From Bilabrum cf. latius (lineage: Eukaryota), in assembly GCA_965178125.1 (NCBI GenBank), contig OZ237765.1:372001-436000 (forward strand): a stretch of 64,000 nt of DNA, written 5' to 3'. Below, one piece after another: positions 25,949 to 39,600 of this stretch (positions within the stretch are counted from its first letter, which is position 1; each line of letters opens with the position of its first letter). The position numbers were made by a program, and so were the translations under genes. Below the pieces are notes generated by a model. It saw nothing but the letters and a program-made list of their open reading frames with translations, searched no databases and had not been told where the DNA came from.

Positions 25949-27056
25949 GTGCGCCCTCTGCAATCGATACCATACTAGATCGGGATCCTGTAGTCTATAC
26001 ATGAGCTTCCCCACGCATGACCACCTCCGGCCACGCCCTTACGTGACGAGATCGCAGGGAGCCGAGCCACTAGGCTGTCAGGTCATCCGCAGGGAATGAT
26101 GCAATGCTAGCGCTTGGGGGTGCCGCACCTCCGTGAGATCCATCTCTCATGAGCCCGTGCGTTCCATGTGTTCCTTTAGCAGCTTGCTCAGAGGCACTTC
26201 TGGCTGGTCGGGGCATTTCCGCAGAAACACATTCGGCATCAGATGCACTGTCAGCTGTCAGTGGTGTATCATCCCACGGGCCTGGCCCTCTGACAATATC
26301 AAATGGCATGCTATCTAAAGCATACATCCACAGCGATACGATGCACGTCCCGCAAATCAAATCAGACACGTACATGCCGCTAGCTGAGCTTTTCCTCTAG
26401 GTTGTTGTGCATCCCGCCTCGCATGCGCTCGTCATGCCGACAGTCCTACATGACAGCAAGTCCTCAGTCACAGACAGTCTTGCGAAGTCTACTGCATACT
26501 CACGGCACAGCGTCTGCATCTCGGGCCTCTACATGGCGTGTCGCATGACGGCCACTGAACAGTCAGTGATGAGCACCTGCACGCAGGGAGTACGCGACAT
26601 CGCTTTGGGTATTCCTGATGTATTGGGCTAAGTTGTGCTTCCAGGCGGCCTAGCTGGTGCCGCTTCACCACTATGCCGTTCACCTCTTCCCAAAGACCTG
26701 ATACCATGTCCCATACCATCGAGCCCGAGGGATGCGTCGCGCTCACTCCTGGATAACAGCAGCCCTTTGCGCTTTAGGGCGACCGCAAGAGCAAAGGACA
26801 AGCGCGAGTGCCCAGCAGCGACATCGATGGCAGTCAAAATACAAACTCCATCCGTCTATTGACCTGAGATCTGTTCAATCAGTCGGAGCGCGCGACGTAC
26901 GGTTGCGCCGCAGGTAGTCACACCGCTTGGAACATGGCCAGCAGAAAACGCTCCAGATCCAGCCCGGCTGTAGAACTAGGACTACTACTCCCATACTGAA
27001 CACATTGATAATGGACTGAATACTTTCCAGTCAGATTTTTGTCGGGAGTTTGCCAT
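24282..27056 (-). CDS. SAM-dependent methyltransferase-like protein (MidA/NDUFAF7-like fold), about 924 aa
   Basis: One frame through about 11 TAGs: FSPLSMCSVWE**S*FYSRAG..AF..GHVP, motif I AIDVAAGHSRL, LITD, MYALDSMPFD, LGDK, HF...CFSVGVD. The start could lie further upstream (frame open to 27470); the 3' end at TGA 24282 is less certain. Confidence 0.65.
25918..25948. repeat. (CTG)n microsatellite encoding poly-Ser on the minus strand
   Basis: About 10 CTG units read directly. Confidence 0.9.
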
Positions 27057-27666
27057 GTCGAGGCTCTGTGTTTCAAGTTGAACTGCAGCCGGAGGCCGAA
27101 ATGTAGCATCGCTGCCAGAACGAGCCCGTTTCCTCCCTATGGCCAGACATTCGGATGAATCAAATTCGCAATGATGACTATCGCTAATGATTTTTGCGGT
27201 TGGCCAAAGAGAAAGCCTGCTGTCACTTGCTGCACGATGCAGCAGACCGACCTCAGGTGCATGCAACGGGACGTGCAGCATAACCATGGAAAATAAATAG
27301 CGGCCGAGGTGTGAAGCATTTCGACTGAGCTCAATCGCAACTGATAACATTTGGTGCTCGCCTGAGGACAGCACAAGCCCCGGCAGTCGACGAGATGCGC
27401 TTGCAATCAATGATACGTTTGTGGCTCGATTGTCCAATCCAAGCCGTAACTGACAAAGTCGGCACACCATTAACGCAAACTAAACTTCTCTAGGCACGAT
27501 CATAAGCGATGAAACAATCTCATTGGCCACCATACTCGGCCAAATGCGTCCAGATAGAACTGCGGTCAAACCGGAACCACGCGGCGACGGGTGTTGCTCC
27601 TGGCCCATGCTTTGCGAAGCCGTTTCATACTCGGTATGAGTCGAGATCACGCGCTTGAGCGCATGC

Positions 27667-30600
27667 TTACAGTCCTGCGGGACCATCTCCGCCACCAGCA
27701 GGCGGCTGTACCACAGTTTCGGTCGGAGCTTCCTTCTTCGGGGGACCACTACCACCCGACTGCGGCGCAGGCTGGGGGAACTCGGACTCGGGGATCTCGG
27801 CGACGGGGCTAGGCATGCCCTCCTTAATGTAGAAAGTCTTGCCAAAAGCCGGCGGCATGGCGACGTATCCCGGAGGAAGATCACGGCCGTCCTTGTATTT
27901 CTTAGCGCCGCTGTTGAGAGGACCGGCCCCACCAGTTGCAGGCCCTGCCTCCGAGCTGCCAGCGTCGTCCTGGCCGCCAGGTATCCACCTCATGCTGCGT
28001 GTGCCCGTCCACCCCGCTGTTTCCTCCTCTCTGTTCGTTCCGTAGCACTCAAACGCCAGAATAAGGGACCTAAAGCAATCCCTGAAGTACTCCTCCGCAC
28101 CGTTTAAGCTGAAGTAGAACCGCCGGTGTTGGTGGCCCCACAGACTAGTCGTGCCCACTGGTAGTGGGATGACATCGAATTTCTCCAGACCAGTGCAGCA
28201 CCCGTACATGGACCGGATCGACATACCAGGTGAAGCCACCACGGACTGCACCTTGGACCGAATCTGGGCGCGATTCCACTCGAGTCTGCCCTCGGCGATA
28301 CCAGCTCCCACATCATGAGCCGCGAACGGTTGCCGAATGTGCCTGCCGACGATTCCGTGAGCCATGCCGTCGATCGAGGGAATAGTCTGGGGAGTGCCGT
28401 CGCGACTTCTATCGAGGATGGGCTAAATCCCGCTGCTCCTCCCCAGCACTGCTTCGAGCATGCTGTCCGCGTCCTTCTTCGGCGATGCTCGAACTCTCGC
28501 TGCACTGCTCTCACCGTGTACGTGCGGGCACCTAGCCTCGGCACCATCGCCGCTGCCTGGCGCCTGAGCCGCGTCGCTGCCCTTGCCCATGTCAGCACCA
28601 GGTCCTGCTGCTCCGTTTGAGCCGTCTTCTTCAGGCCTTGGAGTGGATCGACTGAACAGTGGGTCGCAGCCGGCGTACTTGTCTCTCCTCTTCTGGGCGA
28701 GGAACGGGCCAACGATAGCCTCTATTGGAATAGGAGGCAGTGCCAGCTCTGCCTTGGCCAGCAGGATGCGCTGGTTCCTCACCCATGCTTGCATGCGATT
28801 GCGGCCCTCCTTGGTGTCAGCCGAGGTCTTGGCGACATCATCCATGTCCTCGCACCCATACAGCAGGGCCACCATTGCCTGGATGGCGTGCTCCAGGGGC
28901 AATCGGTGCGCAGGGTTCGGCTGCATGCATCCTCGCAGGATCGCCTCAAATTCTACAGGCCGCCTCTGCTCGGCCCATGCGTCGTCTGGAACGTCCGGAA
29001 TGGTTCCCTTCCCGTCAAAAAGGGCTCCTTCGTGGGTGCTCTAGCGCAGAATTGTGTTGTAAAACACCACAGCTGCCTGGTACATGTCAGTGGGGCCAGC
29101 CGCCTGGGCTGCCTATTTGATAGGCCGACTAGCAGCATCGTTGACGCCGAAACCGCCTGAATCCCGCAGTCGTGCCACTTCAGGCAGCCACGGTGCCCAT
29201 GGTGTATCATCTCTCCTCTCGAATAGATCGGGACTATATGCAACAGGCCTGGCCTCGCGGCCCCTGCAGCCCTCATAGAGGGGCTCTTCGTCAGCGTGTT
29301 CCGGCTGCATCTCGCTGGGATGCATGGCCCGCAAGCCAAATCCAATGTCGTTCGCCCTGTCGAGTTGGGCATCAGCTTCTGAACCAACGCTGCCATCGGC
29401 ATCCCCGACACTGCCCTCAGAGGACAGTGGGCTCGATGAGTCGCGAATGGAGCTGCTCGCGGAAGTGGGAGCACTGTCAACACAGATCTTCAGACGGGAA
29501 ACCAACTCGTCGGTGGCCTTGTCCACATCAGCCCGCAATCCGCCCTGGTACAGGAACATGGCGTGCTCGAAGTTGAAGAGCAGCGCCCTCCCGTCCGGAG
29601 TCAGGCCTATGTTCTCAGGCCGAATGTCGCTGTGGACGACACCACGCTGGAGCATGTGCTTGCATGCCATGAGCATCTGCAGGAACCAGACACCCAGTTG
29701 GCGTGCCGACAGCTTGCTATTCTCCTTGCGACACTCCTCTACCACCTGATCCAGTGTAGCCGGGAAGCGCTCCTCGATGCAATAGATTGCCTTGCACTAA
29801 GTCGCGCACTCGCGCTCGTTCCTTTTCCGCAAGTATGGCAGCATGATCTGCGCTGGCGCCATCCAGCTCGAGATGACCCTTTGGATGAAATGGCACCCGC
29901 GGCAGACGACGCTCTCGGATCGATCTGTGTCGGACCGGTGCATGCGCTCGCCAAGAGCCACCCGGATCAGCTTGTCCCGGATATATCGCCTAGCAAGGTC
30001 CTCGTTCACCACGAAATCCGCTCCCCCCACGGGCAGCTGCACGGACATGATGCCCTGGAACCCCGTGTACCACCGGCCATCTTCGTTCGCGTCGTTGTAT
30101 GTCTCCGACTCGTCCACGCCCGGCTGGGGCCCGGCCTCCACTGCGAACCTGAGCTCGGTAACGGATAGGCCCTGTCTATGCCGTGCCTCGTGCTCCGTTC
30201 CGATGGGCCTGGCCTAGGCAGACCTTTCTTCCCTGATGCTTTGTGAATCAGCCGCAGGGATGCCGGCATCCTCTTCGTCAGCCTCTTTGCTCTCGCTCGC
30301 TCCGCAGGTCGCGGCACTGCCGCCAGATTCTGAAGTCCCCTCTGCAGAATGGCCTTCAAGGCTTGCTCCTCTGGCGCCCCTTCGCGTCCCACCTTCTCGC
30401 GGGTATTCGGACTCCTGCGAGACCTAGTGGTACGAGGGGCATTCGGGCTCCGGGTCGACGACGCGTAGCTTACCACCGTCAATGAGCGACAGTGCCTCGC
30501 TAGACAAGTCGCACTTGCTGATGCGATCGACGGATTCAGTGCTCTGCTCATCTTCATCGCCCTCTGCACCGAGCGCGGACACCGCCGGGTAGTGCTGTGT

Positions 30601-32407
30601 CAAGTTGGCCCCAACACGGGCCAGCCTCCTGCCCCACCTGGCCATTCCCCGATCCTGGACCACCTGCGCGCACTCCTCATACCGCTTCCTGGACAGTAGC
30701 GCGCACAGCTCTGCATTGCTTGCGTCGTTACCGCCTGTTATTTTGAGCGTGGTATGGCCGTTTTCGCCCACGAGCCAGGCGGACTGCGGGACACCAGCCG
30801 GTAGTCCGGGATATTTAGTGGTGTCCGGCACGGCACCATCTGCATCTGCGATACTACCCACCGCCGGAACCTGGCTACCCGCCGCCGTGGCACTTATGGG
30901 GTCTTGTTGCTGTACATGGGTGCCAGTGCCACCACCCTGAGGGGGCATCTTGTCACGAGCCGTTGGGGAAGACATCGACGTGCCCGGGGTGCCCCGTGTG
31001 AGCTCGCGGGTCTTTTCCAGCGCAGCCTTCCTGGCTTGTTCACATTGCGCCTTACGAGCCAGCTCGACAATAGTGCTGAGCATGTGTAGCTGCATGTCGC
31101 CCTTGTCCTTACTAGTCTGTAACAGCTCCTGCTGGACCTTGTGAAGAGCCTCGGATGCTTCAGCTTTGTGCTACTTCTCTCTTCTTAACAAGTCGCGTCG
31201 CTCTTGCTGCGCCTTTAGCTGAGCACTGGCTGCCTTTTCATTGAGGCTTTGGTTGCTATCGGTGAGCGACGCTACCCTGGCGCCAGGGGCTGCGATGTAC
31301 TTGAGCTGGCTCAAGAGAAAATCAAACTTCACGTCGGCATGCTGCACTTGAGCCGGTGTCTTGCCATCCTGCGATGTGTATACATGATTGTAAGCCAATC
31401 GCCTCATCAATATCAATGCGTTCGGCGCGGGTGCTTCATCATGATAGCTCAAATCATCGCCTAACCTTGTTAGTGGCCGTCACGTCGATATTCGGCACCC
31501 CCAGAAGAAGAATAACGCATTTTGCGCACCGAGCCGATGCTTCATGCAGCGGAGAGTTGGTGTTATTTTCGGTGTTGCGTTGTTTGTTCACGTCGGCACC
31601 CTTCTCAAGCATGGAGGCTAGTGGCTCCGGACGTGCGAAGTGAGCCGCCCAGAACACAGCCGTACCCCCGTCCTGAAACGAATATTTACATAAAAAGACG
31701 AACGAAAAGATGTTACGGCTTACCGCTAGCATGTTGCGGGGCAGTTCTAGCTGGGAGAACTATGGCTGCTCACATGTTGGTCTTGATTTAGTTGCTCCTT
31801 CGTTTGTGCATCAACAAGAAGTTTGGCAATGTCGCAACTCTATTGTCGCAGTGCCTAGTAAAGCGGGGTGAAGGTTTTGCCGCTGCCGCCCGCCCCAGTC
31901 TGCAATATGACTCTAGAAAAGAAGACTGGTCAAATCCGCTCTGACGTCACGCTCTGGAAGAAAAGACTGTCCTGACGGCTGGATTCCAAGCGATCCGGCT
32001 AAGTCTTACGGTAGATTCTTCAGACAACCCGATAGGGTTCGCTCCTTGGCACAGAAGCTCCTTGACAGCGTCTGGTTTCTTGTGTATGACCGCAAAGGCC
32101 AGAGGCGTCAGCCCTTTCTGCTTAGATTGCAACAAATTGAACCCGCACCAAGAAATGTCGAATAGTTTGCAAAGGGGGATATTGAATTTGAAGCACTCCT
32201 CTTTCATACATCGTTTCTTGAATTCAGAAGGGATGCCTTTGCCTCGGCTCCATCAGCTGCCTCAAGGATCTGCTGGATAGCACTCTTTGGATTCTCATCT
32301 CGGATCGCCTTCCAGATTCCGGAGTCCCTGAGGGTAGGAGCAACGCAGCAAAACAACAAAGCGATGTACTAGGGGTATAGTTACCGCGCTCGTGCGTGAA
32401 TACGCAT
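27667..32407 (-). CDS. Ankyrin-repeat + coiled-coil + protein (pseudo)kinase
   Basis: Ankyrin exons 32210-32327, 32010-32117, 31774-31899, 31466-31672 (KGLTPLAFAV, TPLY*AL, GGTAVFWAA, SPLHEAS, NK|DGKTP), each bounded by GT..CAG, then a long exon 27667-31368 with kinase C-lobe GVVHSDIRPENI...LLFNFEHA...TDMYQAAVVF...MQPNPAHRL. About 9 TAGs; ends TAA. The first exon and start are uncertain. Confidence 0.8.
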
Positions 32408-32764
32408 GGATGCTAGGTTGCAGACGGGATTGCCCAGTTGCTGTTGAATGTCAATCCGCTAGCATGCTACCGTCCATTACTAGCGAAAACGTTCAGTGTT
32501 GATCTCACTCTGTCACACCGCCAGCAGCCGCCATTTTTGGCAATAAATGAATGGTAGTGTGACCGATCGCTCGACATTCTCCAGCTCGGTGATAGTCCAT
32601 GCTGGCCGTGTGATGAGTGCGGATATACGGATCCGAGTCTATCCCATTGGTGAATCCTAAGCCTAGATTCAATCACCTTCCCAAAATGCCTCCATGGCAA
32701 GCTCCGAAGACAGACCAAGCAGCCCGTTCATGCCAGACTGGCATTCCATCTCTACTGACCGCCC

Positions 32765-34717
32765 TCAGTCCAGCCCCAGGTCCCTGATGGCAGCCTTGCC
32801 CACGTCCTCGCACACGAAGAACCGCGCCTTGGCCGCCCGAATGGGCCCCTCCACCTCCTCCTCCAGCACGGCGGGCCTCAGGTCAGGCCTCCTGCTCACG
32901 ATGTTCCTCAGCGCGAGGCAGCACTGCCTCTGGGTGTTAGCGTGCGAGGGGTGCCGCTTCAGGGCCTGTGCCACCAGCGGCACGATCCCGAACTCAACGG
33001 CTTTCTCGCAGCTGTCGGGCTGCCTCAGCAGGACGTTGGCAACAGCCGCAATGCCGGCTTCGAGCACGTGGGGGGCGTCCCTATGCTTGGCCAGGATCGC
33101 CATGAGGGCCTTGAAGGGGGCGCACTCCTTCCTCATGGCCTTGCGCTTGTTGCTGTCCGCGTTTGCCAGCTGCTTTACCATGGCGCTTGCAGCGCGGCAC
33201 ACCCCCGGGTCCTCCACCTGCGCCTGCACGCTGGCCACGAAGATGTCCCGCAGCACCCCCTGGTCCTCCATGTCCTCGCAGATCTCGTTGTTCACTGCCA
33301 AAGAGCGCACACAGTCCAGGAGAGGCTCCAGCGCCCTGGGCCTCTTCATGTGCGCCTTGATGCAGTCGAAGAACAGCGTGACCGTGGTGCCGTCCCCGCC
33401 CAGTTCCCTCGCATTGTCGAAGCACCTCGTCTTGGGAGCAGAGAGGTCGTCGTGGGTGATGCACCCGCGGACCAATGTGGCGATCAGCCCCGCCAGCTTG
33501 CCTTTCGACTCCGAGTCCTTGATCCCCTCGCTCCGCAACAGCAACAGGGCGGATCGGATCACTCCCAGCTCGAACGCCTGCCTCTTGGCGAACTCGCTCT
33601 TGTGCACGAAGCGGGTGGTCAGCAGGATGGAGCTCCTGGCCTCGTGCCCGTCCCCTGCCGTGAGGGCTTCCTAGACCTCCTCCAGGAAGGCCATGGGAGA
33701 GCTGCCGCACACGTCGGGCAGCTGCGCCAACCTGGCGGCAGTGCGCAGCGCCGACCGCCTGGCGCCGGGACAGCCGTCCCTTCGGCCCGCGAACGCCGCC
33801 CGCTGCAGAGCCACCATGGCCCCGCGCTCCCCTGCCAGCGCGATGAGCAGCTGCCGGGCCCTGGCTCCGTCGGCGGCCGCCTCCGCGGCGCTGCCCTCTT
33901 CCTCACTCGTCACACCCGGTGCTCCTGCATCCCCGCTGTCAGCTGACGCAGCATCAGCCGCGCCACCGCTAGCGGCCCCCGCCTGTGCCCCGCCCTCTGC
34001 TCCCGCTCCCGCCCCGGTCCCCTCTGCTTTCGTCTTGGCTGCGTCTGCGCCGGCCATCTTGGTCACTTCGGCCGTGACCGAATCCAGCGCTACGTGGATC
34101 TCGGCGCACAGCTCCTCCACTCGAGGGCCGCTCGTGGCAGCGGCGGCGCTTCCGTGCGGCCGCGCCTCCGCCGCGCCTGTACTACCGGCGGGAGCCGCTG
34201 CACCGGCGGACGCTTCGGTGGATGCTAGCGCTTCCGTCGGCGCACCTGGGGGCATCTCAGCTGAAATCGCTTCGGCGATTTCGGGCGGCAGCAAGTCGGC
34301 AACTGCTTCCCTGGCTGCTTGGGCCGCTCCCAGAGGAAGCCTTGCCTCCCGACCGGGACAATCTAGCCCTGCCCACCGGAACGATATGCGCACAAGTTCA
34401 TCCACGGTTCCAACAATTGGGTGCGACACGGGGATGCCTGCAGAGCTATCGGTGCGCTTGCCCTCTTCGTTCTCGCTCGCCTTGCTTTCTTCGTCACCCC
34501 CGTCGCCAGCTGTACTACCATCACAAGTTCCGCCCTTCTTGACCCCGGCGCCGGTGAGCACGATGTTTGTGAGATCCACACGCTCAGTTTCAAACTGCAG
34601 CTTCGTCTCGGCGATTGCCTCTTCTAGACCCATATCAAACATCTCCATGGTTTCTTGTACGGCTTCATCGAAGGTTTCCTAACTAATACGCTTAACACCC
34701 ATGGCAACAGCCTCCAT
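32765..34717 (-). CDS. ARMC6: Armadillo repeat-containing protein 6, about 650 aa
   Basis: N-terminus [43 protein letters not shown] and C-terminus CLALRNIVSR...CEDVGKAAIRDLG match the ARMC6 family termini; LAVNNEICE and KQLANADSNK are also typical. TAGs at 34679 and 33671; ends TGA. Start is 34717 or 34702. Confidence 0.88.
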
Positions 34718-34865
34718 CTCAACCGAGAATTTGAAGCCACGGGGCTTGAGAAGTCTGCTTCCGCAACGGGTTCATTCGCATAAACTACTCGCAACTGAAT
34801 CACACAAAACCAGATTGTTCTTGAACGGCAACTGGGCCAATACTGTTGGAGATAAAGCACTACCA

Positions 34866-36491
34866 ATGTTATTTCATTACTGTTTGATACCATGTATGCT
34901 AGTAGCTACCAGTACTGCAAGCTTGTACGTCCATCTTGACGGTGAAAGTCGCTGGGAGGTGGTGTACAACGTCACGCGCGATAATTGCACTGATCACGAT
35001 CTCCCCGACAGCATGCCGGTTGCATACTATTCGCCCAAGCTGAATCTAACGTTTTTAGTCTCTGCTGTCGGAACAGGGACTTGGATGAACGTTGGGCTGA
35101 CGCTGGATACGGTCGCCCACGACTGCTCCAAGCCCCTCTACAATTCGACATTTGACCAGACCCCTTGGTCGTACGCCAATTATTAGTGGATCCAAAGCGT
35201 CCATGTGGACCCTGAGTCGGGTGTTCTGACAGCCTTATTCCACAACGAGTTCCACGGCTTCGATGAGTGCCCCGAGTGGTGCACGTCCCACCAGCTGGGA
35301 CGTGAGGGCAAGTGCAACATGTGGAGCACGAGCATCGCGCAGTCTACCGACGGAGGCAAATCATTCCACCTCATTGCAAAGCCACCAAGCGCTAGGGTGT
35401 TCAGCTTCCCCTACGAGTACGTCCGCAACGGCTCTAACTTCGGGTACGGTGCACTGAGCGGCACGTAGCAGGGGCAGGACGGCGCGTGGTACGGAATCGT
35501 CGCAGCCAACACGAGGACGGGGCAGATGCAGGGGCGGGGGCCGTGTCCCTACCGCGCGACAGATCTCGCTGACCCGGCCTCATTCCGCGGGTGGAATGGG
35601 ACCCATTTCTCCGTTGAGTTCGCGGACCCGTACACGGACCCCGTGGCTCGGGCACACCCCGAGAGGCACAGGTGCGAGGTGCTGGGGGCGACGGCCCCCG
35701 GCGGGGACTCCTCGTGGCCCTCCTCGCACTCGCAGATGAGGCGGCTGGTGCTGTCTCAGGAGGAGGAGGCTGCTCTGGCGGAGGGCTCGCTTCCGAGGGG
35801 GCACGCTGTGGATGGGGCGCCGCCCCCCGGGTCAGGTCAGCCCTAGTGGGTGCTTTCTGGCGACCACGACCTCAAGGCGCTGCAGGTGGGGTTCCGGTTT
35901 AGCAGCGAGCCAGACGCGGGCAAGGCCATCGTGTCTTGGTCGCAAGAGGCCCAGGCACTGGACACGGGCGACCTGTCGCGATACGCCACCCCTGAGGGGA
36001 TCATCATCTACCCCACCCTGCTGGACGCGAGGGCCCCCCAGCTGGGCAGGCCCTCCTTCGACATCGCGACTAACACCAGCACGTACCTGTATCTCGTTCT
36101 CGAAAGGAACATCTGGAGGCACAGGGTGCTGTTCAAGGCAGAGCCGCCTGCCCCGCCCCCGCCCCCGGTGGTCCCACCGGCGGATTGCTCTCGCTTCGTG
36201 GTGGCAGGGGCAGGGCTTGGGGGCGTGGACGGTGCGTACGTCCAGACCAATCGAGTTAGCGATGGGGTGCCTGTCTTCGAGAAGGACAAGGAGCACCAGC
36301 TGTACCGATTGGGGGGCCAGTGGCGGCTGGCACACGAGGGAGTCAAGAGCTTCTACGCGGAGGCGGGGAAGGTCGCGATGGAGAAGAGGCACGGTGGTGA
36401 AGGCCCTCATCGGCTGCCGCTATCGAACGACTGGAGAGTTTCTCCCGGGGGCTACTACCCTGCGCCTGCCAGCGTGCTTTGCAGCGACTGA
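34866..36491 (+). CDS. Secreted protein with Asp-box/BNR motif (putative beta-propeller glycosidase-like), about 541 aa
   Basis: Hydrophobic N-terminus MLFHYCLIPCMLVATSTA, N-glycosylation sequons, HNEFHG, STDGGKSF, YPTLLD, Pro linker and a small C-terminal domain. TAGs at 35184, 35466, 35844; ends TGA. Confidence 0.7.
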
Positions 36492-36693
36492 GCGGGCCAC
36501 CAGAGGAGGATGGCATGGTGCTGATCCAGTCCATTGTGAACGACCTTCAGATCCGGGAATTATGCCTTATCGGTATATTGATCAATGTGAGCAGCTCACA
36601 CAACCCCGGCGCTTGCTGCTTGATGATGAGAGTGCGATTCAGTTGTTCGTTCGCTGCTGCGCGTCTGATACAGAATTCACAGCATAGCTTGCC

Positions 36694-39600
36694 ATGCGAG
36701 CGTCTCTACTTGCGCTGTTCTTGCCATTTTCAGTGGTCGCCACCGAGTCCTTGCCATTTTATTTCGGGTGGCGGCAGAGGAAGGGAGTCTTCGTGCCGCC
36801 CCTGCCTCAGTGTCCTGCGCATGCGTTTCCCACCAACATGTCGGCAAATCGCTGCAGTGGCCTTCACTCTGGTAGTGCTACGGATGCAGATGGATGCAGG
36901 TCGGAGTGCTGCTTCGATCAGCAGTGCACGACGTGGCAGTGGAAAGATCCGTCCGACCCGAAAGGAGCGAAGGGCGGCTGCTGGATCGGACACCCCCAAT
37001 CATGCGATGCTGAAGGAATTGACTGGGTAGGAGGATAGCGATCATTTCCAGTCCCGCCGATTCCCTCGCCCAGTCCCGCCCCTTTGCCGGCGCCGGCGAG
37101 TCCGAACTTCGACGATTCGCGGTGGGCCTCGATCGACTTGCCGCACGACTTCTTGCGCGGGGGCGAGTACGAACCAGGCAACGGGGAAAGGAACGCATTT
37201 CTTCCTCGCAATACGTCGTGGTATCGGAAGTCGTTTTACCTGCCGGACGAATCCCAGGGCAAGTCGATTTGGGTTCGACTTGGAGGCGTCTTCCACAGCA
37301 CGCAGGCCTTCTTCAATGGGCAGCTGCTGCAGGCGCACCAAGAAGGATACACGCAGTGGCAAATTCGGCTGGATAATGCCACCACTGTGCATTACGGCAC
37401 TTCGGGCCCAAAGAACGTGCTCGCTCTCTTTGTGGATGCCACCAAGACATCCTCGTGGTGGTACATGGGGGGAGGTCCCTTCGCCCAGGACGTACAGATC
37501 ATCCTGCACGATCCGAAAGCACACGTGGCGTTCGATGGGATGTTTGCCGTGGGGAACGTGAGCAGCGGCAGCATCAGCGCGGACGGGCTCCGGGCAAGCG
37601 AGGCCACCGCGAGTGCGTCTGTCGAGCTGCAGTGCGATGCACCCAGTGGGGCCCAGGTCCGCGTCACGGGGCAGCTGCTAGACGCCAACTCCCGAGTCGT
37701 GGCCCAGGGAACACCGGTCTCCACGAGCGTGCCTGGCATGTCGCAGCCCCCCTTCAACACGGTACGCGTGCTCTTCAGCTCGATCAAGGACGTCTCCCTC
37801 TGGTCCGTCCAGCAGCCTTACCTCTACACCGTTGCCATCCAGGTCACCGATGCAGGCAGCGGGCAGGTGCTCGACAGCGTGAATCGGACCCTCGGGTTCC
37901 GCCTGTCCGAGTTCGGCTTCGAGTACGGCTACAGGCTCAACAACCAGCCGCTCAAGCACACCGGTTTCTGCGACCACGACAACTTCGGCGGAGTTGGATC
38001 CGCCGTTCCCGACCGCATTAGTCTGTACAGGGCGCAGATGCTGCGGGCAGCCGGTGGCAACGCCCGCAGGTTTTCTCATAACGCCCCTCTTGGCGTGCTG
38101 CTGGACCTGTACGACCGTCTAGCGGGTGGTTTCCATGCCAGAGCACAGGAACTTCATCAACGACACCCAGTACTACGACGCGTGGCGTGCCATGGTGCGT
38201 CGCGTGAGGGGGCATCCCACGGCAGTCTTCGTCTCTGCCTGCAAGTGAGTCACCTTCGCCGTCCAATCCGTGTTGACGTGCGGCTTGCTGCCGTGCTTTT
38301 GCACCACACTGCTATCTGTCGAACCCCGCTGTGCACCTTTCTGTACGTATTTGCGTATCTGTTTTACCCTGGTCGCAGCGAGGGGCATTGCCTGGACGAT
38401 GCAGGCAGCGAGGCTGCAGTGCATGCCGCCATCGACGTGATGAAGCGCACGCTGCTGGAGGAAGCTCCCGAGATCCCACTGACCGCCAACATGGGCCCCT
38501 CCCAGGCCGGAGACAACGTGTCACGAGCGCTCAACGTGCAGGGCTTCTCCCATAGGCACACCTCTGATTTCCTAAACTACCACAACAACAACGCGATGCC
38601 CCGAGATGCGCTCGTTGCCTCAGAGTGCTGCTCCTGCGAGAACGATCGTGACGAGTCCTTCCCGAACCGCACGCTGCACTACGGCAGCAACGCCGCCAGC
38701 TGCGCGATGGAGCAGACGCAGTACGCACTTAACCTGACATTCATGGTGGGGACCTACACGTGGACCCTGTTCGGGTGAGTGCATTGCGGATTGAGTTGCA
38801 TGCTCGCATTGCTTGTAACCCTTGCAGTGCTTGCTGCCGAGAGTACGTTGTGCGTGCTGATTGTGCTGACGGCAACCTTTTGTATGCAATGATTGCCTTG
38901 CTGTCAGCACATACTATTGCCTGCAATGTGCAACACTTGCTCCTAGCCCGACATTTGCTCCTTGCCCACCTACCCGCAGGTACCAAGGGGAAGGACACAC
39001 ATGGCCCCGACAGAGCAGCTCGTACGGCCAGTTCGACAGCTCTGGGGCACCCAAGGCCATGGCGTACTGGTACAGGCACATGTGGCTGGGCGACCGCAAG
39101 GTGGACACGTTCGGCACCCCTGCGATCGTGAACGACCCGTTCGTGAAGATCATGGACACTTGGGACGCAAACGAGAAGCAGCCCACCCGCAGCGTCAGCG
39201 TGATCGGCAGCCAGGTTGCCTCCATCCGTCTGCTACTCAACGGTAAGGAGGTGGATGGCAGCCCGCAGCCCTACGACTGGAGCAGCCCCGCCCAATTCGA
39301 GGGCATTCAGTACGCCTCCGGCGAGCTGACGGCAGAAGGCCTGGATGCCAGCGGCAAGGTGCTGGCCCAGCAGTCGATCTCGAGCTGCAGTGCCCCGACT
39401 GGGATCAAGCTGCGGCTAGACGCCCCCTCACCAAGCACAGGCACCGGCACTGGCAAGCTGGTGGCAGACGGCCTCGACACAGCACTGCTCGCGGTGCTTC
39501 TCGTGGACGGCAACGGACACTTGTGCAGGCAGGCGAGCAACAACGTGTCGGTGCGAGTGGCATCTGGGCCCGGCCTCCTGCTGGGCATGGACTCTGGTGA

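Noticed and set aside
34701-34865. ATG 34701 as the start of the secreted BNR protein
   Set aside because: It overlaps the ARMC6 start, and the signal peptide begins at ATG 34866.
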